A DNA stretch of 32,200 bases from a virus (Duplodnaviria; Caudoviricetes). Location: positions 1 through 32,200 of IMG/VR virus record IMGVR_UViG_3300037313_000153, one strand, 5' to 3'. The position numbers and the translations under genes were made by a program. Under the pieces are notes generated by a model. It was given only the letters and a program-made list of their open reading frames with translations. It was not told the origin of the DNA and made no database searches. Shown here piece after piece: positions 1 to 9,300 of this stretch (the stretch's first letter is position 1; each line of letters begins with the position of its first letter).

Positions 1-215
1 CCACCTTCGGGCTCTGCGAGCGGCGTGCCGACCGGATACTCGGCCGGCGGCCCCAGGTAGGCGCAGTACGGCTGCCCGAGGCCATCGTTCCTCCGGTAGG
101 TCCAGATCCCCGCAGGGTTGTTGGTGATGATCTTCCACTGGGCGTCCGCCCAATCGGCGTAGGCGTCGCGGGCGGATGCCTGACCCGTAGGAAACACAAG
201 CTGACGATTTGCCAT
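1..215 (-). CDS. Hypothetical protein, 3' part truncated by window edge (tail-fibre module)
   Basis: ATG at 215, 3 nt after the upstream TAG (219), with GAGGA upstream. Frame open to the edge: MANRQLVFPTGQASARDAYADWADAQWKIITNNPAGIWTY... Not in the ORF track. Confidence 0.7.
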   Translation of the reverse strand, partial: MANRQLVFPTGQASARDAYADWADAQWKIITNNPAGIWTYRRNDGLGQPYCAYLGPPAEYPVGTPLAEPEG

Positions 216-218
216 GGG

Positions 219-965
219 CTATTTCCTCGCGTTGAGAAAGGCGTAGAGCAGAGTCGCCTGCCCGGCGGAAAGCGAAGTGGTGAACAGCACGGAGTTGTGC
301 ACACCCTGCCAGTAGTTCGTTAACCCGGCAGAGCTGCGTCCAATCGAAAGCTGCGTGCAGAGGGTTGCCGGGGTGACGGCGCTGCCGCTTCCCGCGATCG
401 CATCCGCGTCGATCTGGGTGGCCGACGCGCTGATGATGTGGCGAATTACATGTCGCCCGCTAAAGTCGACGGATGCGTTCTGCGACGAGACGGAACTAGA
501 ACCGTTGCCGACGCGGCCTTGCGCGCGGTTGGTGCCGGTCACGACCGCGCGTTCGATAGTACGGGTGTCCGTCGTCGCGCCGCCTGAATAAGCAACGGCA
601 AATCGCGTCGTAGTGTTCGCCGCAAGCGCCGTCTGGTCGGTCAGGACCCAGATCTCACCCGCGTTCGTGCCAGTGGGCAGCGTGGTGATTGAGGCCACGG
701 ACACGTCATCGTCAACGCCATCGAAGGTGATGCCGGGGCGGTTGTTGAAACTGGTGGCGCTGTAGGCGGGCTGCGATGACCCGACCGCCTGCGTCGCGTT
801 GTAGGCGCCAACGATGTCCTTCCACGAGGATACCAGCCCGCCCGACTGCGTGATCAAGTCTGCCCTTTCGGCATCCCACCAGGCGAGGAGGGAGGAGCCG
901 AGAGCAAGCGGCGACCAGCCGGCTAGTGCAGCGGCATTGCCGCCCCTATATTGCGGGAAGATCAT
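219..965 (-). CDS. LamG/concanavalin-A-like lectin-fold virion protein (putative receptor binding)
   Basis: Start moved to ATG 965, which overlaps the upstream stop (TGATG). Motifs LLAWWDA, VSSWKD, QPAY...NNRPGITFDGVDD and LSIGR...YWQG are typical of phage LamG-like domains. Confidence 0.75.
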   Translation of the reverse strand: MIFPQYRGGNAAALAGWSPLALGSSLLAWWDAERADLITQSGGLVSSWKDIVGAYNATQAVGSSQPAYSATSFNNRPGITFDGVDDDVSVASITTLPTGTNAGEIWVLTDQTALAANTTTRFAVAYSGGATTDTRTIERAVVTGTNRAQGRVGNGSSSVSSQNASVDFSGRHVIRHIISASATQIDADAIAGSGSAVTPATLCTQLSIGRSSAGLTNYWQGVHNSVLFTTSLSAGQATLLYAFLNARK

Positions 966-1705
966 CAGGTGAACTTGCCGAAACCGATGGCAGAGACGTT
1001 CGCGCCCGTGGTGATCTTCCACGCGCCCGAACCGCTGATCGCGCCGATCGGCACATAAAACGGAATCAGGGTGACCAGCGGGGTTGTACCCCCGCCTGCG
1101 AAAATCGAGATCGAGGAGCCGGAGCCATCCTTGATGGACACGGCTCCCGCGGCGGTCGTGGCCGGGACGATCAACACACCATCGAGCCGATCACCGGCCG
1201 CGCCTGTCGCCCCCATCGCCTGATCAGTCTGGGACGCCGCGACTGTCTCGTAGTTCGGGCCAATGGCGACCTGAACAGGCGTTGCCGTGCTGCCCGGACC
1301 CTGGACCGACTGCACGCCGCCGGAGGGCGAGCCCGCCGTGCCCAGGCCGTTGACCGTTTCGTCAAGGCCCGCCGTGAAGGTCGCATCCACGACGATGGTG
1401 CCGGAGGTGTAGACCGAGCAGCGAGCCCGCACATGGGTTTCACCGCCGCAGGCGAACTTCCATTGCCCATTGGCCGTAGCCGAAGTGACGCCCGCGCCGC
1501 CCGTTGCCGGATAGACCGTCTTGGCGATCCAAGTGGTGCCGTTGTCGATCGACTGCTCGAAGGACACCGTGCCCGCCCAAGTGCCGGAGAGCTGGATGCC
1601 GCCGCCTCGAGAGGCGCCGCAGGCGGCGAACAGCGCGCCGGTCTTGTCGGTGGCGGCGGCGGTCAGGCTGCTGGTGTAACGAAACCCTTGATTTGGCGGG
1701 GCCAT
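965..1705 (-). CDS. Virion structural protein, G/A/T/S-rich, probably two beta-rich domains
   Basis: 246 aa with SD AAGGAG. Contains GTWAGTVSFEQSIDNGTTW and YETVAASQTDQAMGATGAAGD segments. Lies in the tail-fibre cluster. Confidence 0.65.
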   Translation of the reverse strand: MAPPNQGFRYTSSLTAAATDKTGALFAACGASRGGGIQLSGTWAGTVSFEQSIDNGTTWIAKTVYPATGGAGVTSATANGQWKFACGGETHVRARCSVYTSGTIVVDATFTAGLDETVNGLGTAGSPSGGVQSVQGPGSTATPVQVAIGPNYETVAASQTDQAMGATGAAGDRLDGVLIVPATTAAGAVSIKDGSGSSISIFAGGGTTPLVTLIPFYVPIGAISGSGAWKITTGANVSAIGFGKFT

Positions 1706-1718
1706 GGCACGCTACTCC

Positions 1719-2990
1719 TTAAGCGATCCGGCGCACGGTGAGCGTGCAGTCCTTGGAATTTCCCGATGAATTGAACGCCATCGCCGCCCCAGCTGTGTTG
1801 CTGCTGTCGCGGACGCTGATCCTGATGTTTCCGGCGGGCGCGCTGATAACCCCCGAAAGCGAGATCGTGCAGTTGTTGGCGCCGATGTTCACCTGGACCG
1901 CGGATGCTGTGACCGTTGTCCCGTCCCACAGTTTGGCGATGTTGCTGTCCTGATTGGTCGCAATAATCGTGACCGTCCCATGTGCGTGCCATGTGCCGAC
2001 GGTGCCCTGCGCCACGGTTGGGCCGGTGAAGTAGTTGGCCGTGTTGCTGAGCGCGACATCAGCCGCCAAGGTGTTGGTGTAGAAGACAGACCACTCGAGC
2101 ACGTCCCAGCCGTTGGAGCCGTTGCAAACTAGCCTACAGCGACCGCGGGGGATGTTGATTGCGACCTGAGTTGTGTTGGAGCCGGCGATGGTGTCGCTGC
2201 CGTTCGGCGCAATCGAGATGGCGTTGGTCGATGAGGCCGAGCCTGAGGCATCGATAATGTCGAGCGGCAAGCCGGCAGGCACCGTGCTTGCCGCCGGGAG
2301 ATTAACCGAGCGCGCGGCGCTGATCGAAGTGTACCGCACGACGCGAGTCGCGGCGGTCGGGCTGCCTGTGGCGTCGGCAACATTGAGCAGCTTGCCGATG
2401 GCATCCTGCACGAATGCCGTGCTCGCCGCGCTGGTGTCGTTGTCTCCAGACGTGGCAGTGGGCACGGTGATCGTGCCGCCCGTGAAGTCGCTGGCGCCCG
2501 TGAAGGTCTTATTGCCCGCCACGGACTCGTTGCCGGTCAGGCCAACGGCCCCCAAGGTCGTCCGGGCAATCGCAGCGGTCGTGTCGTCGAGCAGGGTCTG
2601 GATGAAGGCGGAGGCATACGTCAGCGCCGGGGTGCCCGTCACCGCGAAGGTCAAGCTGGACGTGCCGATCACCGGGTTGGCCGTGGTAAGCTGGAACACC
2701 GTGGAGCCGTTGATGCTCCCGCCGGCTACAAGGACAAGGGTGCCTTTGACGACGTCGCGCGGCCCATCGAAATCGACCGCCCTCTCCCAGGTCGACGTAT
2801 CCGCTACATAGATGCCGTTTTCGGTGCCGTCGGTCTGGTCCTTGACCAGCACACGGTCATCGGCCACCAACGCAATGCCGTCGATGGTCTGCAGGCCTTC
2901 GAGTGTGATATTGGCCGTGGTCGCGGCGACACAGGGCGTCTTGAACGCGGCACTGCCAGAACTGCCCAATCGACGGTCGGTCGAAGCCAA
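1719..2990 (-). CDS. Tail fibre protein
   Basis: TTG start with GGAG upstream. N-terminal AATTANITLEGLQTIDG...DRVLVKDQTDGTENGIY domain, a PTATSGDNDTSAASTAFVQ fibre repeat and a VNLPAAS...IAPNGSDTI segment. Confidence 0.85.
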   Translation of the reverse strand: MASTDRRLGSSGSAAFKTPCVAATTANITLEGLQTIDGIALVADDRVLVKDQTDGTENGIYVADTSTWERAVDFDGPRDVVKGTLVLVAGGSINGSTVFQLTTANPVIGTSSLTFAVTGTPALTYASAFIQTLLDDTTAAIARTTLGAVGLTGNESVAGNKTFTGASDFTGGTITVPTATSGDNDTSAASTAFVQDAIGKLLNVADATGSPTAATRVVRYTSISAARSVNLPAASTVPAGLPLDIIDASGSASSTNAISIAPNGSDTIAGSNTTQVAINIPRGRCRLVCNGSNGWDVLEWSVFYTNTLAADVALSNTANYFTGPTVAQGTVGTWHAHGTVTIIATNQDSNIAKLWDGTTVTASAVQVNIGANNCTISLSGVISAPAGNIRISVRDSSNTAGAAMAFNSSGNSKDCTLTVRRIA

Positions 2991-3026
2991 AGACCCTCTC
3001 CCAAAAAGCTACGCGGGATTGGGTGC

Positions 3027-3072
3027 AGTTTAAGCCAGGATGCCGCTTGAGCCGCTAAGCGGCTTCTATTTC
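3027..3072 (-). promoter_or_regulatory. Putative late promoter of tail-fibre operon (GAAATAGAAGCC-N28-TAAACT)
   Basis: 12-mer at 3061-3072 and -10-like hexamer at 3027-3032. The same architecture occurs upstream of the capsid gene and terS. Confidence 0.6.
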
Positions 3073-3311
3073 CTCCAGACGCCAAAGAGAGCGCCTACAA
3101 CCGACGCGCCTATGGAAGCCCGAATGATCCCGATCGCGTAGGGCCCGACCGGCCCGGCGTCGACGAGGCCCGTCACGGCAAAGGCCACGGCCACCCCTGA
3201 CGCCACGCCGGCCGCCCAGCCGATCGCAAAGGCGATCAGGCGCCAGACATGACGTGTGCTCCAGCGCCCCGCCAGGAACGCCGGCACCGCGGCCACAAGG
3301 CCGATCAACAT
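3066..3311 (-). CDS. Small multi-pass membrane protein (about 3 TM helices)
   Basis: 81 aa, almost entirely hydrophobic or small residues; starts 7 nt after the stop of the giant ejection protein. Confidence 0.7.
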   Translation of the reverse strand: MLIGLVAAVPAFLAGRWSTRHVWRLIAFAIGWAAGVASGVAVAFAVTGLVDAGPVGPYAIGIIRASIGASVVGALFGVWRK

Positions 3312-3318
3312 GGTTGCC

Positions 3319-6300
3319 CTACCTCTTCCCCCGCTCCGGGCCGTAGGCTAGCCCGCTCAGCCATTCTTTCAAGGTCTCGGGGTTCTGGCTGCCCGTGACC
3401 AAGGCATCCCACAGGAACTGGCTTGTGGCGCCCACCTGACCGAGCGGCAGGCCGACGAGCGTGCCCGCTGTATTGAACGCCGACTTGATGGCGGTTTCCG
3501 ACGGGTCATCCCCGCTCACGAGTTTCACAACGTCCTTGCCGGTGTGGATAGTGGTGTCCCACACGCTTTGCACGGGCGATAGCTTCGTGCCGCCGAATAC
3601 CGGCTTCCCGCCCACCAGATTACTCACCGTGTTAGCGGCGTCCCGCACCCACGGCAGGCCGGCGAACAGTCCGAAGAAGATGTTACGCGCGACCCACGTA
3701 CCCCAGTCTTCATCCTCACCCGGCCCCTGGCCCGACAGCAGCGGCGCGAGTAGAGAGGGGACGACCATGAGCCAGAACGTCTGCGCCAGCACATCCATGG
3801 CCTGCCCGACCGACCGAACTTCGCGGGCGTCTCGGACCACGCCGCGCTGCCGGTTATAGAAGACGTTGAAATAGCTGTAGAACATCGTGAACAGCTTCAA
3901 CAGCGGGCCGCCGCGCTGTACCGCCGCCAGATCCTTGGCTGAGCCCGCGCCTTGGGTGTCCCGAACCATCTTGTCGGCGTAATAGGTCGCGTCCGAATCG
4001 GTCATCCCCTCTTTCAGGCCCTTGTTGTAGGCGCCGATCCAAGTCGGGATGGAAACTGCCGCGTCGAACAGGGCGATGCCCCGGAAGGCGAAGCGCTGCA
4101 CATCGGCCTTGAAATTGCTCTTGCCTTCGATCTTTTGCAGCGCCGCCCGAACGTCGCGCTCGAGATCGTTCATGCGATGGCGCATCTCGCCCGAGCGGGC
4201 GTGCACGAACCGCGCCGCCTCCGCTGGGTTTTTCCAAAAGGCTCGCATGCCGGATGCCATCCCGACCGTGCCGAGCCGTTGGATGGAGTTCGAGTAACCA
4301 GCCACCTGGGAAAGCATGGTTGAGATACGCGCGCCCATGCCGTTGACGGTCGTATTGGTCCTGAGGATGCCGGCGAACTTCTCGACTCCCTCCACTCCCT
4401 TGCGATCAATCGCCCATTCGTTGGCGATGTGCTTCACCCACGGATCGAACTGCCGAGCGTACTCGGGGCCAATGGCCTCGTTTACCGCCTCCTTGATTCG
4501 CTTGTCGGTCAGGAAGCGGTAGGCGTCCATCACCGCCTCGCGGAAAGCAATATCGTGGCTGACCTCGTTGAGGTGCTGGCCGATGACTTGCAGGCTCAGC
4601 AGCATGGGATAGGCCGCTTCGGTGCGCTTTCGAGTCGAGCCCGCCCGTGTCGTGGCCTTGCGGTAGTTCGGATCGAACAAGCCCTCCGCCTTCATCGCAC
4701 CGATTTTCTCGGCTTCAACCGAGGCTGACGGATCGTAGACCGCTGGATAGTAGCCGCCCTTCAGCTTGCCGAACGGCGTCCCAACCTCGCGGGCCTCGAC
4801 CTTCGGCGGAGCGACGCCATTGATGCGGCGCTCCATCGCCTCGACCTCGGGCCACAAGGAGTTGATCAGGTCCCAAGCATCCTGAACGAACTGCCACTCC
4901 TCTTTCGTGAGGTGCTTGTTCAGCACGGCCTCGACCGCCTCGGACGCCCACTTCTCGCCGCGCGTCAGCTTATCGAAGTTGCTCTCGTTGCCCGTGTTCA
5001 GGGCCACCGCGAGCAATTGGCTGCGGTTCAGTTTGGTTCCAAGTTCGGGCAGTGTCAGCACCTCGCCCCAGCGCTTACGCTGCTCCAACGGCACTTTCTC
5101 GTGAATCGCCGTCAGTTGCTTGTTCAGCTTCTGCTGGAGATCGCGCTCGACCGTCTGCGCCTCGGCCATGCGCCGGAAGATCACGCGAGAGAACACCCCG
5201 CGTCCGGTCTTGTCACCGTCGAGCCACTCGAAGATTGTCTCCAGCTTGAGCAGGGCCGCGTCGATCGATCGGAGTTGCGTGCTGACATCGCCCAGCTTGT
5301 TCTGCAGGTTGGTCATGCCGCGGCGGACGTTCGCCACACCCCGCTGCGGGATGGCTTGGGCCGTAGCCACGGCCTCGGCGATGATTGCCTCGAACTCGCG
5401 CTTCTTCTGGCCGTCCAGCATCTCCCGCTTCCACCGGCCCAGGTGCGCAATCTGCTTCACGGTGTCGGTCAGGCCTCGGAGCTCGTCGATCGTCATCTCG
5501 CGGTAGTTGATCGAGAACAGGCCCTTGTCGAGCCGTGGCGGCGGAATGACCTCGAAGCCCTTGGCCTCCTGCTCGATGGCCCACGCCTCGAAGGACTTGC
5601 GCTCCTCCAGGAACTTGCCGGAGCGGTTCTTGAACTCGTACTTCTCAAGCAGGTCGTGGATCTGCTCGAGGTATTCTTGATCCATGCTCTTGATGGTCTC
5701 GGCCGAGGCGTATCGGTCCATCAGCTTGCGGGCCGAGTCGACATCGTCGGCCGCCTTGCGCGCCTCCATGTAGAGCGCATGGTTGACCATCTGGTCCTGC
5801 TTGGCCTTGAAAGCCGCCACGAAGTCGCCCTTGATCAGGGCCCGCTCGACCCTGTTGCCGGCGTCGCGCTCGGCGCGAGCGTACTGCTCGAAGCGGATGC
5901 CGTCCTTCACCTGCTTGTCGGCAATGGCGTCGGCCGCCCAGCCCTTGATGTCATCCCAGGTGATGGTGCCGGTATGCCCGGCCTTGTTCGCGAGCACCCG
6001 CAACTCGGTCGCCATCAGTGCGGCCTGCTTGTCCGAATGGACTGCGGCCATGGCTTCCTGCTCGATGGTGCCGTCGTTGAGCGGGTCGCCGTGGCGCTCG
6101 TTCATGCGCTGGGCTGTCTCCTCCGCGATGCGGGCTTGGGCAACCGAGCGCTTGTCACCCTTCGCCATCATGGCCCGCTTCTGGGCCTCCAACTGCATCA
6201 GGCGCTCGATCAGTTCCTTGCCGCTGTCGAGCCCCAGCATGGGGGCCAGTTCGTCGGGGGAGATGGTGCCGGGGCCGGACGCGCGGTCGCGATAGATGCC

Positions 6301-9300
6301 GGCCGGGATCATCGACAGGACCGACTCGTCGCCGTAGAGGTTGACCACGTCCTCCTTGGAGAGCTTGATGCCCTTCAGGACTTCCGGGGTCTCGCCCGTT
6401 GGGAGCGCGCCCTTGCTCAGCAGCGAGAGGGCTTGCTGGCCCGGATCGGCCATCACCTCGTCGCGCACCTCCGCGCGGACCTTGGCCTCGTCGGCCTTCC
6501 ACTCCTTGGTCCGCTGCTTGCGGATCGTCTCCATGGTCTTCTGCAGGAGCTTCTGTTCGGCCTCATCGACAACGGCGTTTGCCCGCGCGGTGTAGGCGCG
6601 GAACTCCGCCTCGGTCATGCCGGCCGACTTGGCGTCCTTGAAGATCGGGTTGAGGCCTTGGCGGGTCTGGGCGTTCTCGATCTGCTCGTCGGTCGCGATC
6701 AGGCGGTCGAATACCTGCCGAATCTCCGGGGTGATCGGGGCGTTGAGCGACGACAGCCGCTTGTAGATTTGGGTCAGCCAGCGCTTGAAGGAGCGGAAGG
6801 CCGAGGCCAGCGCAGACGATGGCGCCTTGCCCTCCATGGCATAGGTCTCGAAGCCCCGCGCGAACTGCTCGTGCATGTCGCGGGTGATGTAGCCATCCTT
6901 TGAACCCAGCCAGTCGAGGACCGCCTGCCAGTCCTTCTTGATCTGCTCGGGGGCGTTGGGGGCCTTGGCATCGAACTCCAGCTCGGCAAGGAACAGATGG
7001 CCCGACTCGTGAATGAGGGTCGATAGGTCGCGCGACTGGAAAAGCGTGATGATGGCGCGGTTGTCGGTGAAGCTGATCTGGCCGCGGGCTTCCTGCTCGT
7101 AGGTCTTGATCTGTGCCAGCGAGTCGTCGAACAGGACGTAGTTGTGGGTGCCCTCGCCTTCCTGCCGAGACGCTTGGTCCAGGTACTGGATGCCGGGGAT
7201 ACCGGCTTCGCGGAGGGCGAGGGAAGCCGCCTTCTGCGGGTCTGACGCACTCCGGTAAAAGCGATCCACCAGCCGCCCGTAGAGCTCCGCTCCTGTCACA
7301 GGAGACTCTGTCGCGAGACCTAGGCTTTTGATGGCCGCCTTGACCTCGGGTGACTGCTCGCTGAGCGGCTTATCCCAATGCAGATACGCGCCGTCGTCCG
7401 GGATGTCGACGTGGTAGAGGCGGCCGGGCTTCTCCACCTTCGCCGTTTCCTCAATCGCGTCGATCATTTGCAGCGCGGCGGGCAAATCCCTGTAGGCGTC
7501 ACGGATTTCCTTGATGCTGGAACGCTCCATGGCGACCATGATCGTCGCCAGCATTCGACCATTCGCAACCAATGACCCGAATCGGTTGGCGTCCCAGTTC
7601 GGCTTGAGAGCCTGTCGCACCGCTTCAAGCGCGGCCTCGTAGGTCGCAGGCTTCCCGCCGACTGTCCATTGCGCCGGCCCCCTAGCCAGGGCGTTGCGAT
7701 AGTATTCCGCCACCGCCTTGTTGCCCGCAAAATACAGGCCGTGCCCAAAAGCCTGCGCGCCCTCGCCCGTTCCGATCTTGGAGAGGTCGAAGCGGTCGAA
7801 GATGTGCGGCGAGCCGTGATAGACGGGCTGCTCGTAGGTGTTCCCCGCGCCCTTCTTTTCGACCGCGTCCTTGATCGCCTTGCGGATTTGCGCGTTGGTC
7901 AGCTTCGCAGTATCGACGCCCATCGACTTGAGAGCCGCCGACAGTTCCTCGCGGTCCTTCGCGAACTGCGCGTTGGCGTCCGCATCACCCTTCGTCGGCG
8001 CGACCTTCCCCGACCGGATGCTGTTCAGCAGCACGTCCAGATCGTCCGGGGGATAGGCCCCTACCCTCTCCGACAGTCTCGTCTGGATATCCAGCCCCTT
8101 GCCCGTTCCCGCCTTGCCGTAGGCGTCCCAGGCGTCGAGATAGGAGCCGGGGTTACGTTGCGCCCGCGCCTGATAGCGCTCGGCAAACAGGGCTGCCTGC
8201 TGTTCCGCCGCTTCGTTGGTGAACTGGCCCAGCGTCTTCAGCTTGTCGCGGATGTCCTCATAGACCCGGGTAACGGCGTCGACCTCGGCAATGCCCGCCT
8301 CGAGCTGCTTCTCGAAGCGATCGACTGCCAGCCTCAGCCGCTCTTCCTTGACCTTGGCATCCTCCTGCGCCTGACGGATCGAGAAGCCGTCGGCCTCCAT
8401 GCGGACGTCTTCCCGCCATGCTTTGTGCAGGTCTGACTTGCCCGCCTCGGTGACGTACTTCGCGAGAGGGATCACGACGTCTCCGCCGCGTGCCAGCGCC
8501 TCCGGTAGCTGCTCGGTCAGGCCCAGTGCATCCGCCATCCGCTGCGCATCCTCCAACGGCTTGGACTGGAAGAACGCCTGCACCGTCTCGGCCGGGATGA
8601 ACACGTTTTGATCGGGGCCGGTCACGGTCGACAGGAACTCGGCCAGTTTCTCCGGGGAGCGGGTCGCGAGCTTGGATGCCTGCGCCGTCTCTATGAGCTT
8701 ATCCAGCCCCGCTGCCTGCGCCGTGGCCTGCTGCACCTCGGGGCTTACCGCCGTCTTGGGCGCCTTGAAGTGGCTCCGCATCGCCGCCACTTCGGCAGGC
8801 GTGCTGCCCAATTCGGCCACAGCCTCGGCCAACACCGCGCCCGGCTTGACCTGGTTCCCAGCCGCTAGGGAGCCCAAAGCCTCACCGCCGGCGCCGCCTG
8901 CCATCTGGATAGCCAGCTGCGCGGGCATGTTCACGGCCTGCTTGGTCAGGGCGGACGTGGCCGCCTTGGGGGCAATCGTCTTGCTGGCGATTCCCATAGT
9001 CGCCGCGTCGAGCGTGCCGACGATGGAGGCCTTGATGGTCGACCGACGATAGACCTCCGCCATCAGCTCGGGATTGGCGAAGGCGGCGCGCAAAGCCTCA
9101 CGGTCGCTGGTGTTGACGCCCAGCTCCTGCATGTTGTCGAGGATGCCGCTCACGAACTCCATGCCGAACGATTGCGCGCCCGTCACGCCCACACCGACGG
9201 CCGGACCTCCCAGCACCGTTGCCGCCGTGGTGGTCGCAAGCTGCGGCACGTTCTGCACCGACAGATCGAAGATGATGCCCAGCGGGTCCTTCGCGAAGGC

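Noticed and set aside
1-3000. Diversity-generating retroelement, expected by analogy with BPP-1-like phages
   Set aside because: I saw no reverse transcriptase and no TR/VR pair differing at adenines in this window. One could lie beyond the edge.
4912-6903. 663-aa plus-strand ORF, and other long plus-strand ORFs such as 11745-12854, 22691-23959 and 25264-26241
   Set aside because: Antisense shadows of high-GC minus-strand genes, with no recognisable motifs.
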